A DNA stretch of 64,000 bases from Azolla caroliniana (Eukaryota > Plantae > Polypodiophyta), in the NCBI GenBank assembly GCA_043228905.1, contig JBHGNT010000017.1, positions 930,001-994,000 on the forward strand. Reading direction: 5' to 3'. This document shows, one piece after another, positions 54,026-64,000 of the stretch. A program made the position numbers and the translations under genes. The notes beneath the pieces are model-generated. The model was not told where the DNA came from, ran no database searches, and worked only from the letters and a program-made list of their open reading frames with translations. How positions within the stretch are numbered: position 1 is the stretch's first letter; every line of letters starts with the position of its first letter.

Positions 54026-56324
54026 ACATGTAAAAAGTCATCATTTCCAAAATGGAGGAAAGGTTCTCAAAGAAAGAGAAAAGAACTAATTTCTATCAAA
54101 ATAGGTATTTATGCTGAAAAAAGAGTCATGATTCCTAGAATGGAAGAAGAGTTCTCAAAAGGAGGGGGGGGGGGACCACTTCTAGAGCTTTGACCTCTAC
54201 ATTAAGGAAAACCTCCAAATTTCAAGATTATATTTTACCACAATAAGAGAAAAAATAAATGCAAGTAAGAATCTGTCAAAAACGCAGGTGCACACTGCAT
54301 CCAAATATTTGATTTTCAAGACTAAAATTTAGCAACTGAATACAAAAGAAAGGTAAGATAGGATTTTGTTTGTGTAGACTTTTTGGTTTTGTTTAAAGAA
54401 TGAATATTAGCATAAATACATGGAACAAAGCTAAAATAAGGATCTACGTGAAATTCAGGTGCTTGCATAATTCATGATAAGTTCTCAAATAAAAAACATT
54501 GAGTTGTTTCTTTTATCATGACTTCATGCTGAGTTCTGAACATAAGAGCAATAAGAAGTCTTTAATTTCGAGAACAAATTACACATGATAGATCTCATTT
54601 GTGGGCATTGTTATTTAAAGGGCCACTCTCAATTCTTGGAATATATTGTTATTTATTTTTAGTACATTAATAATGAACTGTTCGATTGTCTTTCTTCAAA
54701 TTTATAGCGCCGATTTGTATGCACACTCTTTCCTCTCCCAAACTGAGTGCTCATCATTAACTTTGTAATGCCCCTTCTTGGAAGCATAAGGAGTTGAGAG
54801 AGCAACAAGGCTTTTCCTGTTACAAGTGAATTTTCTATCACCAATTTGGAACATGAGAACATCTTCCACGAAGTAATCAGTGCCCTAGCGAGGAGCAATT
54901 ATCTTCTCAACCGAAAAGGTTTTACAAAGGCAAGGATCACAAATCATTGAAGCCAGATATATTCCAAATACTACATATTCAAAAGACCGCGTATATATTG
55001 GGAAGACCACATATATTCAAATTTTTATCACAACTTAAAACTTCTATAGAGTTGCATATGTAAAATGTGTAATGTATGCTCAATTTGAGCTAAAAGACTA
55101 TCGTATGTTGTAACAATGAACAACATGATCCACTAAAACGTTGTCAAAGAAGGATTCTGTATCGAAACCCTTCCTAACAACATCATTATGGAAATCTTTG
55201 CTCATCTTATATAACCCCATGTTTCCATGAGCATTCGAGGGTTTCCTCACCATACCTGCATGCTCCGTATAAGCAACAAATTGCGTGGTCCATGTCCCAA
55301 CATCATGAATATGAAGACTATTCCAAATATCCCAAGCTTCTTCAAGTGAGCTTATTTGTCAGATACCATAACTTGCATACAACCTATGATCTTGCATGCA
55401 TCCTTTAGACTACCATCAAAAGATCATTGCAAAACACTCAACCCATTTTTCTTTTCCACTACCCCTCTTGTCTTTCTTTTTGACCTTTTATTGCAGATAT
55501 CATCCTTTTGTGGAGTTGCTAACATCCTCAAATTTATGACCAAATGAAAGACCGAAAGAATATGATCATTGAAAATGATATTCATCATGACACCATGACC
55601 ATGTCTATACTGATCTTTTGCAGATATTTTGTTGTTAGGCAGGGGACCATGTCTCATGAGTAGGAAGGGAAGGGACCGTGGCATGTGTAACCCTAAACTG
55701 CCTCTATGCTAGGATTTCAATTTGCTTTTGTGTCAGAAATCAATTATCTTCTTTGTTTCACCCAATCTTGCTCACCATAGAAATAAAGATTCAAATTTCT
55801 CCTCCCACATCACAGTTTATATATATATATATATGAGTCACCATCGGTTAGATACTAAAGTTGGGCTAGAAAATGGGGGCTGGGTTAGAACATGGGCTCG
55901 AGTTAGCCATTTCAATGGTAGGGTTAGTTACAAGTGCGCGCTTTTTGTGGAATAGGACCTTGCGGTATATATCGCATGAGATTATGAAAACACACCCTGC
56001 ACTGTCTGTGGGCGCGATTCCTTCACCATGCCTCTTTATTATTTGGTTGCAAATAGACGCGTCACATGCATATATACAATAGAAAACATATGTGAACACA
56101 TATCAACATTTATTTTAGGTAAAATGGGCCGTTTGATGATTTACCAACATACATTCCAACACTCTTGGTGAAGTTTAGATGGGTTTGCTAACCTTAAATT
56201 TGGTAACAAGATACAACATGTTGAGCCGATGATAAGGTGAAAACTATGTGGGTGGGTGATGTTACTTTTGCAAATTTATGTGAAATCACCACACACTTCT
56301 GCCATTGTTTCAAAATGGCGTAGA

Positions 56325-56632
56325 TCATTGACTAACTTAGTCTGCAATCTTAATAGCATATCCATCAGTCCAGAGATGGGAAATGCCTATTGGTGTATGT
56401 ATAACACTACACTCAGTAATGTTGATTTCATTGACCAACTAAGTTTGTAATCTCAATAGCATATCCATCGGTCCAGAGATGGGAAATGCCTATTGGTGTA
56501 CGTATAACACTACACTTGGAATGTTGATCTCATTGACCAACTTAGTCTGTAGTCTCGATAGCATATCCATCGGTCCAGAGATGGGAAATGCCTATTGGTG
56601 TACGTATAACACTACATTTTGAATGTTGATCT
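56325..56632. repeat. ~103-bp tandem repeat, 3 copies
   Basis: ATAGCATATCCATC.GTCCAGAGATGGGAAATGCCTATTGGTGTA at ~56353, 56456 and 56558. Confidence 0.95.
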
Positions 56633-56899
56633 TACCTACAAATGGCCAAATCTAGTTGGAATTTGGTTGGAGATCATTGTAAATTGTAATAATGCACACT
56701 GAGTGAAAAGTCGAATTGGGTCGTGAAAGTGGGTCTTAAGATTTAGTACATTTGCACCAAGAACTTATGCATGCATGTTTCTTGTACAGACCAGAGAACG
56801 GGGGATGGTTGGACATGGACAAAAAGCAAAATACAAGAGATTCATTGAATCCCAATCCAAATCGAACACTTCAAAATAAATAAAAACATGTGCTGTTTC

Positions 56900-57473
56900 C
56901 CCCCCCCCCCTTCATTGGATGAGGTTCCCTTCAATTTCTTCTTGTCTCTTTCTTCATCACTGGCATACAAGTCCGCTTTCACTGTATTTCGTCTTCCCCC
57001 CCCCCCCAAATCCCCCAAGGGTTTCGAAGAATCTCTACCAACTGTGTTTTTCTCGGAATCGCGGCTATGGAACGAGGCAACCTCTCTGTATTGTTAATGC
57101 TCCTGCAAATATGCTGAAGAAGAAAAAGAAGGAACTTAAGCAGAATCAGAAGAAGAAGATCGAGGCAGAAAAATACGGAGGAGAGGTTCCAAAAGAAAAA
57201 ACGCAAAGAAGAAGAAGAAACATAATAAGAGCTTCATTTTTACTTTCAAATGGCAAAATTTCGAGTGACCAGCCATTCTTATGAGCATATCCCCCAGCTG
57301 ACTGGATTTTTAACCATATTGATAGCTTAATTCAGCGTCACTTTTTTGTTTGCTTTTTTGTCATGATTTCCTTATGAGAAAATAAACGATGTCAGTGCAG
57401 CAGAAGCTGCTAAAGACTAAATCCATGGTATGGAGACAACATAAAACGCAGTTCTGATGACGAACACAATCAG
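56900..57473 (+). promoter_or_regulatory. Putative promoter/untranslated first exon of the MYB gene
   Basis: Pyrimidine patch and GAA-rich tract ending in CAG|GTCAGC at 57473. A candidate acceptor TTGCAG| lies at 62063, just before the MYB ATG. Inference only. Confidence 0.4.
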
Positions 57474-57479
57474 GTCAGC

Positions 57480-59650
57480 GTCTTTATTTCTTTTCTGGTT
57501 CTATGTTTAAAGAAGTTAGTTCCAGATTTGCTCACTGCTGCTTAATCGGGAAACAAATACACAATTTCTGAAGAAGTTAATTGAAGCTTCACTCACTGAT
57601 GCTTGATTGTGCAAGGGGGACGTGCATTTATTCCCTTCCTGGTTCCAATTTAAATTATTTTAGTTGAAGTCTTAACTGTCCTGCTTGAATATGTGAGAAA
57701 ATATGAAACCTTTATTTTCTTCATGGCTCCATTTTTCATTATACTTGATTGTTTGGGAAAAGCATGATATGGAGTATTTATGCCCTTCTTCATTATTTCA
57801 TTTGAAGAATTTAGTTGAAGCTTTGCTCAATGGTACTTACCGGTGCCTTATTTGGAGATTTCAGGTTTCATCACTGCTGCATGAATGTGTGTGAAAGATA
57901 TGATTATGAAGTCCTGCATTGCATATTTGAAACATTTGGTTGAAAATCTGCTGACTTCGGTTTAAATGTAAGAAAAGGGTTGGAGCCTTTAGTTGCTTGA
58001 AGTGTGATAGTAAAACACAATTATGAAGTCTTGATTTCCTTTCTAGTTCCATATGCAAAGACTTTAGTTGATGCTTTCCTTTCAGCATCTTTTTTGTGCA
58101 AGAAGGACATGAATATGTAGTCGTTCTTTCCTTCTTGGTTTGACAGACTGTACTTGAAGCTCATCTCACTGCTTCTTGATTATACCAGAGAAACATGTTT
58201 ATGGAATTCTTATTTCCTTTTTGGTTCCATGTTTGAAGTATTTAGATGAAGCTTTTCTCCTGCTTGACTGTGTGACACGTACATGATTATGGAGTCTTTG
58301 TCTCCTTTTTCATCTTAAGATAATTAAAGGATCTAGTTGAAACTGTGTCCACTGGTGCTTGAGCATGCAACACCGAGATGTGTGTGAAAGACATTATTAT
58401 GAATCTATATTTCATTTCCAAAGAATTTATGAGAAATTTGTCTCAGTGCTGCTTTATTTTGTGAGGAAGACATGATTATGTGGCCTTAGATTATGCCTTT
58501 AAGAGCTCTAATGGGATTTCTTGATATGGAGCGAGATGTTGAGGTCTACCGGTTCCTTGCTTCTGCATGATTGTGTCTAAGGTTGGAGCCTTGAGTTTAT
58601 TGAATGTGTGAAAAAGGCATAATTATGTAGCCATCAATTCCTTTCTAGTTCCTTATGTAGAACTTTAGTTGAAGCTTTTCTCCTACTTGATTGCATGAGA
58701 AACACGTTATTTCTTTCCTTCCTGATTTCATTGACTTTAGTTGAAGCTTTTTGTACTCCTGTGCCAAAGATATATAAATATGGAGTTTTTACTCCCTTTC
58801 TGTAAATATTACACAGTAAATATAAAAGTAAGTAAGATAAAAAGAGACAAAAGAATCTGGTTTTTGGCACATGTGAGATTTTCAAGTTAGATATATTATA
58901 ACTTTTATCTTGGAAAGATCTCTAGCATAGGTCGATCCAGAATGGAGAGGTCTCCAAAGTGAGGGAAGCACCTGCAATGGTGGGAGATAATGGCCTTTAT
59001 CTGTCAATGACAAGGGTGCTGAGGTCATGGTCTGTGGGGCCGGGGCCTATGTGCACGACAAGTTGCTATTGCCTGATCTGTTGTAATCCCTTTGTTATGT
59101 CCTGATCACGAGGCCATTTGTGTATCCCTTGATTGACTTGTAGCATTAGTAGGAGTGATGGGGCCAAAGAAAGTTGTGATTGTTCTTTGTGGATGAGCTT
59201 GTATGGCTGTATTATTGTCCTTCAACAATTTTCTATGTCTCTTGAGTTCGAGCAAGAAATGTTCTAGGAACCGTTGGTCCTCATATTCCATTACCTTTTG
59301 TAGTGGGCCAAAGCTTTGTTTAAAGAATCAATGGTATCTCCCTCTGATTTCATAAAAGACACCACAATGACAATGTTCTTCGGATTCCACTCCTTGATGA
59401 CTCAATTGGCAAATTCTTTTTCTAGAGATATTCATGTATATCTGCCTACCTCAATCTCTAACTGATGTGAGAAAGACATTATTATGAGTCTATATTTCTT
59501 TCCTAGTTCTATTTTTGAAAATTCTAATTGAAATTTGGCTTACTACTGCTTATTGTGCAACAAAGACAAAATTACGCTGCTTTAGTATATGTCATTAAGA
59601 GCTCCAATGGATTCTTTTTTATACGAATCGAGATGTTGAGCTTTGGAGCC
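57480..59650 (+). repeat. Old diverged ~80-100-bp tandem repeat array
   Basis: Recurrent GCTTGATTGTG..GACATGATTATGGAGTCTTTATTTC..TCTGGTTC..TTTAGTTGAAGCTT units. Interrupted by a LINE fragment. Confidence 0.75.
58805..59471 (-). mobile_element. 3' fragment of an RTE-X-like LINE
   Basis: Minus-strand SHQLEIEVGRY...RICQLSHQGVESEEH..C..FYEIRGRYH..FKQSFGPLQKVMEYEDQRFL, then a 3'UTR and a T-rich (TTAC) tail. Confidence 0.8.
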
Positions 59651-60479
59651 GGTCAGAAATCCTGCAACCAGAGCCATAACCAAATGTTCAATGTGCTATT
59701 TTGTTTCATACGTATGTCCACTAGTATAGGTGCTCATAACTGATGGGGATAAGGGGGATCAATGAAGGGTCATGTACTTCATTTACCAAGTATACACAAA
59801 GATGCTATGTTGAGAGTTTAGGTGACTCCTCAAAGAATGTCATGATTGTCGTATGTTAAGATAACAAGCTTTGCCATGTGTCCTCTCAAGTCCATTTTCC
59901 TTAATGAGTTGGAGATGCCTTCATCTTAATAAAGTGGATATTTTAGATATTTCCTCAACCTCCCATTCATTAGTAGATTGATCCTAACTTCTATGTGTAT
60001 TTGCTTGTATGTCCTATATAAACCAAGTTCCCCATCTTTTATCTGATGTTGATAATTGTTAATTAATTGTTCTCTCTAATGCACACACATAACTTACTTA
60101 ATCTAGTATCTAATGCACACACGTTCCTTAGTTCTTTACATCCCAGTGTTGGATGCCTTACTATAGAAAAGATCAATGTGCTAGCTTGAGATCACCTTTA
60201 TCAAACTCAAATGAAGCTTTATCGTGAGCAGCTTGGATCACTGTGAGACCCGCTGAAACACACATTGGGTGGGAGTCATGGGATTGTTTATTACCTGGAA
60301 AGCACGGCTTCTATGGTCTATCATAGCCTGTCACTTTGAATGTATCTCGGTGTATCACGGGTAAGCAGCCACAATATTAGTATATCATCTGTTGCTGAAT
60401 GAGATCCGAATCAGCAAAAACAGCCAGAGATGAGAGAAGATTTCTAATAGCATACACTAAATGTAGGTCAATAAAGCAT

Positions 60480-60910
60480 AATATGGTTAAAAGCCTGGGG
60501 TATTCTGGATATTCCACAGGGGAAGTGGGGAAAGCCATTCTATGGATTTATCATCAACCTATATATATATATATATGAAAAGGCTATGATTCATTATGAG
60601 TTGTCATTGATAGGTCGTCATTTCATTTCAACTCAGACACTTGTTAAGGTTCCATAGTTAGCTTGTTTGACGATTGATTTCTGGACAGCCATGCTCGACA
60701 AGCTTGAAACCACCTTAGAACAGCTGATCATCCTCAGATGGATGAGCTGACCATGAGAATTAACAAGATCCTAGACGATATGCTTAGAGCCTAAGTGAAT
60801 AAGCAGCAAACAAATTGGGATGAATACTTGTTCCATTTTTTAGTTGGCCTGCAATACTCCTAAACACACTGCAAAAGGTTATAGTTCATTAATGTTATTG
60901 TATAGATTCC
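60480..60910 (+). mobile_element. Ty3/gypsy integrase remnant
   Basis: TADHPQMDELTMRINKILDDMLRA*VNKQQTNWDEYL at ~60719-60830. Confidence 0.7.
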
Positions 60911-61369
60911 ATAGGTGTAGAATACTTAGCATACATATTGTATGCTATGTATTATAAAGGTATTCTACTGTTTTTAAAAAATACTTAGAAAACCTATTCT
61001 AAAGATAAAATTCATTAAATACATTACACATAGAATACATTAAATAATGCTTATATTTGTATTGCATCTAGCAATTGTTTTTTTAGCCAAATTTTAATTT
61101 TTTTTGGAAACGTTAGATACTAGTTAAATATGTAGAATATGTTCAATGCATGGAACATTCTGAAATGGCATTTCTAAAACGTAGAAAGAGTATTCTAAAA
61201 TGTATTCTATACGGAAAATACACGTTTTGACAACTATAATAGCTTGTCTTGAGGACATGCTGCATATGCTCAAGGTAGCTCTAGAAAATGTACAATTGTA
61301 AAAGGTCGCACACGTGCTTCTGACAATCTGAAAAGAGCACCTGGATTTCAAGTGGGAGGTCTCATATTC

Positions 61370-61790
61370 TTACAATTTTCTGAGAAATCCTCTTTTCTCA
61401 TCACTGGTTTAGTATTACAGCTCTTTCATAGTCATGAAGAAAGTCAGTAATGTCACTGACAAGCTACCGATTAGCTTTCTGACAATTCTCTTCTCTCATC
61501 ACTGATTAACTTTCTCCTGAGGTATTATAGCTCTTTCATAGTCATCAAGAAAGTTTGCAATGGCTCTTAAGCTACCAATTAGCTTTGTCAGAGACTTCTC
61601 GTCTGTGTTTGTGGGCAATCTATTGAAGAAGGGGGAAAATGACAGACAGGTTGCTTCTTCCATTATTGGGGAGCTTCATGAACCACCACAAAAACCACAA
61701 CAGCTAGAATGAGTCTTCAATTCTCAAGAGAAAAGGAAGTCAGTAATCTCACTTAAGGTACCAACTAGCTTTGTCAGAGACTTCTCAAGA
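61370..61790 (+). repeat. Diverged local duplications (2-3 copies)
   Basis: AGCTCTTTCATAGTCAT.AAGAAAGT occurs twice and A.GCTACC.A.TAGCTTT.TCAGA three times (61462, 61570, 61756). Confidence 0.65.
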
Positions 61791-62119
61791 GAAAAGAACT
61801 AGGAATTATGTGAAGCTTTACTCAATCAGGCAGATAAACTTGAAGAGGGATCCAGTTCTCAGTATTCTCCCCCTATACTCGTCCAATGGAAAACTTGGAA
61901 CCATAAATAGAGTAGGTTTTTATGCAGTAATGGATATCTATGTGTCAGAAACGACGGTTGCCCCCAACAGATTTATTGCTTCTCAGATGGACTCTTCTAT
62001 TCTTATTTGGATGTATTCATCGATTTATTGCTAATTACTCGGCTTCTGTATCCATCATTGCAGTTGATTCCAAAATTATTCAGTTTCTGCCTTATATTTT
62101 GCATTCCTGCCACTGGGAA

Positions 62120-62601
62120 ATGAGCACATTATCTCCAAGTCCATCAGCAGCATGCTCTACCACTAGCCCTGGGTCTCCATCAGAAGCTCATCCATACACA
62201 GAAGATTCAGATTCATGGACTCGAGAACAAGAAAAGCTCTTTGAGACTGCATTATCCGTTCATGACCTAGATATACCAGAACGATGGGAAAATGTTGCGG
62301 CCTTGGTTCCAGGAAAAGATGCAGATGCAATTATGAGACACTATGCATTTCTTGTGGAGGATGTAAACAATATTGATTTGGGAAATATTGTTCTTCCTAC
62401 ATATCCAATACTGTCAGAAAGTGGACTAGAACCAGTTATCGATTCAGATGACAGCTCATACATAAAGAATAGCATTGTGGGAGATGGAACTTCCAATGGA
62501 TCAGGCGGAAATGTTGGCAGTGGAAAGGCTGGGAATGGGAACAACAAATCAGCAGATCAAGAACGGAGGAAAGGGATACCTTGGACTGAAGAGGAGCACA
62601 G
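62120..62601 (+). CDS. R-R-type MYB transcription factor (SRM1/MYBS1/DIVARICATA family), first coding exon; the rest lies beyond the window
   Basis: SANT domain WTREQEKLFETAL...RWENVAALVPGK...HYAFLVEDVNNID.G..LPTY, then KSADQERRKGIPWTEEEHR|GTAACC at the intron position typical of this family. The SHAQKYF exon was not found within the window. Confidence 0.93.
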
Positions 62602-64000
62602 GTAACCTTTCCTTCACTCTTTCAGATTTCTACATTGCTTTATTCATTTTGGATATATGATTTATTCTTCCATTATAATAAGACCTCCTGTGTGGTTCTA
62701 TCTTCCTATTTAGGTTCAGTCATGAAGACCAACTGTTTGGTCAAAGTTGAACCTAAACTGTAATATGTGGGGATATACAAGCATAACCATTTGATGATGA
62801 TATGCATGCCATATGAGTTTTGATATCTGGATTCTGGATGTTTGAATTTGTATGTGTGTATCCTACAAATCAAAGTACATAGGTTTGTGTACGATCCAAA
62901 GGATGTTTTTGTCTCTAGGATATGCTGAACTGAACTCATAATTAGCACATATAGGGGGGATGCCAGCGCCTTTATTGGCCCACTTAATAATACTTCATCT
63001 TAGAAAATCTTACCCAGTCCATATTAAATGGGCTAGCCATCATTTGAGGGATACTCAAAAATATTTTTGGAATGCTTGGAAAAGTAAGGTGGATCCAACT
63101 TGTACTTCCTTAAAAGTAGACGTCACAGTGGGAGAATCAGCCGGACTAACATGCTTGAGTGGCCAGGTTGATAAGCCAATACTATGGTTGCCTATTCTTT
63201 CTTAAATTCTCTAAAATATCTAGCCTGTTGTTCATAGAAATTTGATGATATAAAACTCTTAACAGAAGAGTGCCATACACATGTAGAGTTTGATAGCCAT
63301 TTAGTTAACTGCTATTTAAACTTTTCTATCTTGGATTGCTCTTGTACATCATTTTCAATAAATGGACAACTCCATTCTTTGAAGGGCATCTCGTGGTCTT
63401 AATGTTACGTTTCTTCATCATATGTATGTTGGTGGATGTTATTTCTTTCCTTTGTGATAGCGCTAGCAGGCAAGGATGTCAATCTTTTGTCATGTACTTA
63501 ATAGAAATCACATGTCTATATACTGGCCTTATTAACTTATTAGGCCCTTGTGTTGTTTCTCATTGTATGCAAGAGCTTAGTGGCTCCAAATATATTTTGT
63601 CAAACCCTCTGAAAGGTTACTTGTAAGCCTGGAGGTTTGTTTGACTCTTTGACTTACATTCCTTTGTGAAAAGTTCCTAACAATTGTCTAGCCTATATGA
63701 TCATGATCACATTCTGAGTGCATGAACTCTTGATCAGTGAGCTATTACGCACTCTTTCAAGAATTTCTACTTCTAAGCAAAAATTCTAGCTGTTTAGTTG
63801 CCACCTCTAAGTTTGGAACCCTACCCGGGGATAAACTGGAGGAAGGTGGGGATGAATCTCTTTCATACTATGTTCAATACAAAAGTTGATTTATCCAGAG
63901 TGTTATCTTAACACAACAAACTCCATGACACCATAATTCTGGGCTTATTCCATATAGAAGTATTCTAAACTGGTGGCGAACTCTTTGTTTTACTACTCAT

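Noticed and set aside
56325-56632. CRISPR-like repeat
   Set aside because: Three near-identical full units with no spacers; an ordinary tandem repeat.
56919-57284. 121-aa Lys-rich ORF
   Set aside because: A by-product of a GAA-rich low-complexity UTR-like tract; no domain or splice support.
60915-61212. Possible MITE with GTGTAGAATAC/GTATTCTATAC ends
   Set aside because: Short imperfect inverted repeat in AT-rich DNA with no TSD identified.
61940-62119. N-terminal extension of the MYB ORF (221-aa call)
   Set aside because: It begins at a non-ATG codon, is T-rich intron-like sequence and contains a likely acceptor at 62063. The ATG at 62120 is preferred.

Overview
This is AT-rich eukaryotic nuclear DNA from a land plant. 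It is most likely a non-seed plant such as a fern, inferred from the Tcn1-like self-priming chromoviruses, RTE-X-like LINE tails and abundant (GA)n tracts. Host genes: (1) the 5' end of an unidentified minus-strand gene running off the left edge; (2) a complete 14-exon CBS-CBS-PB1 gene (39703-45402, +); (3) a convergent 8-exon Tic32/retinol-dehydrogenase-like SDR gene (46488-50266, -); (4) the first coding exon of an SRM1/MYBS1/DIVARICATA-type MYB gene (62120-62601, +). About 2-38 kb is a transposon graveyard. Its core is a four-level nest: an L1-type LINE, interrupted by chromovirus A (16860-28951, TSD CATGT), interrupted by chromovirus B (18901-25739, TSD CTAGA), interrupted by a hAT-type MITE (22280-22891). 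The same LINE also carries a solo LTR with an RTE-X-like fragment inside it. Both chromoviruses lack a tRNA PBS. Instead they have a Tf1-like self-priming complementarity and a conserved slippery-heptamer plus stem-loop at the gag/pol junction. Element B carries five tandem 150-bp copies of its chromodomain-end/PPT/LTR-start junction. There is no prokaryotic-type system, CRISPR array or RNA gene. All coordinates and counts were derived by hand.
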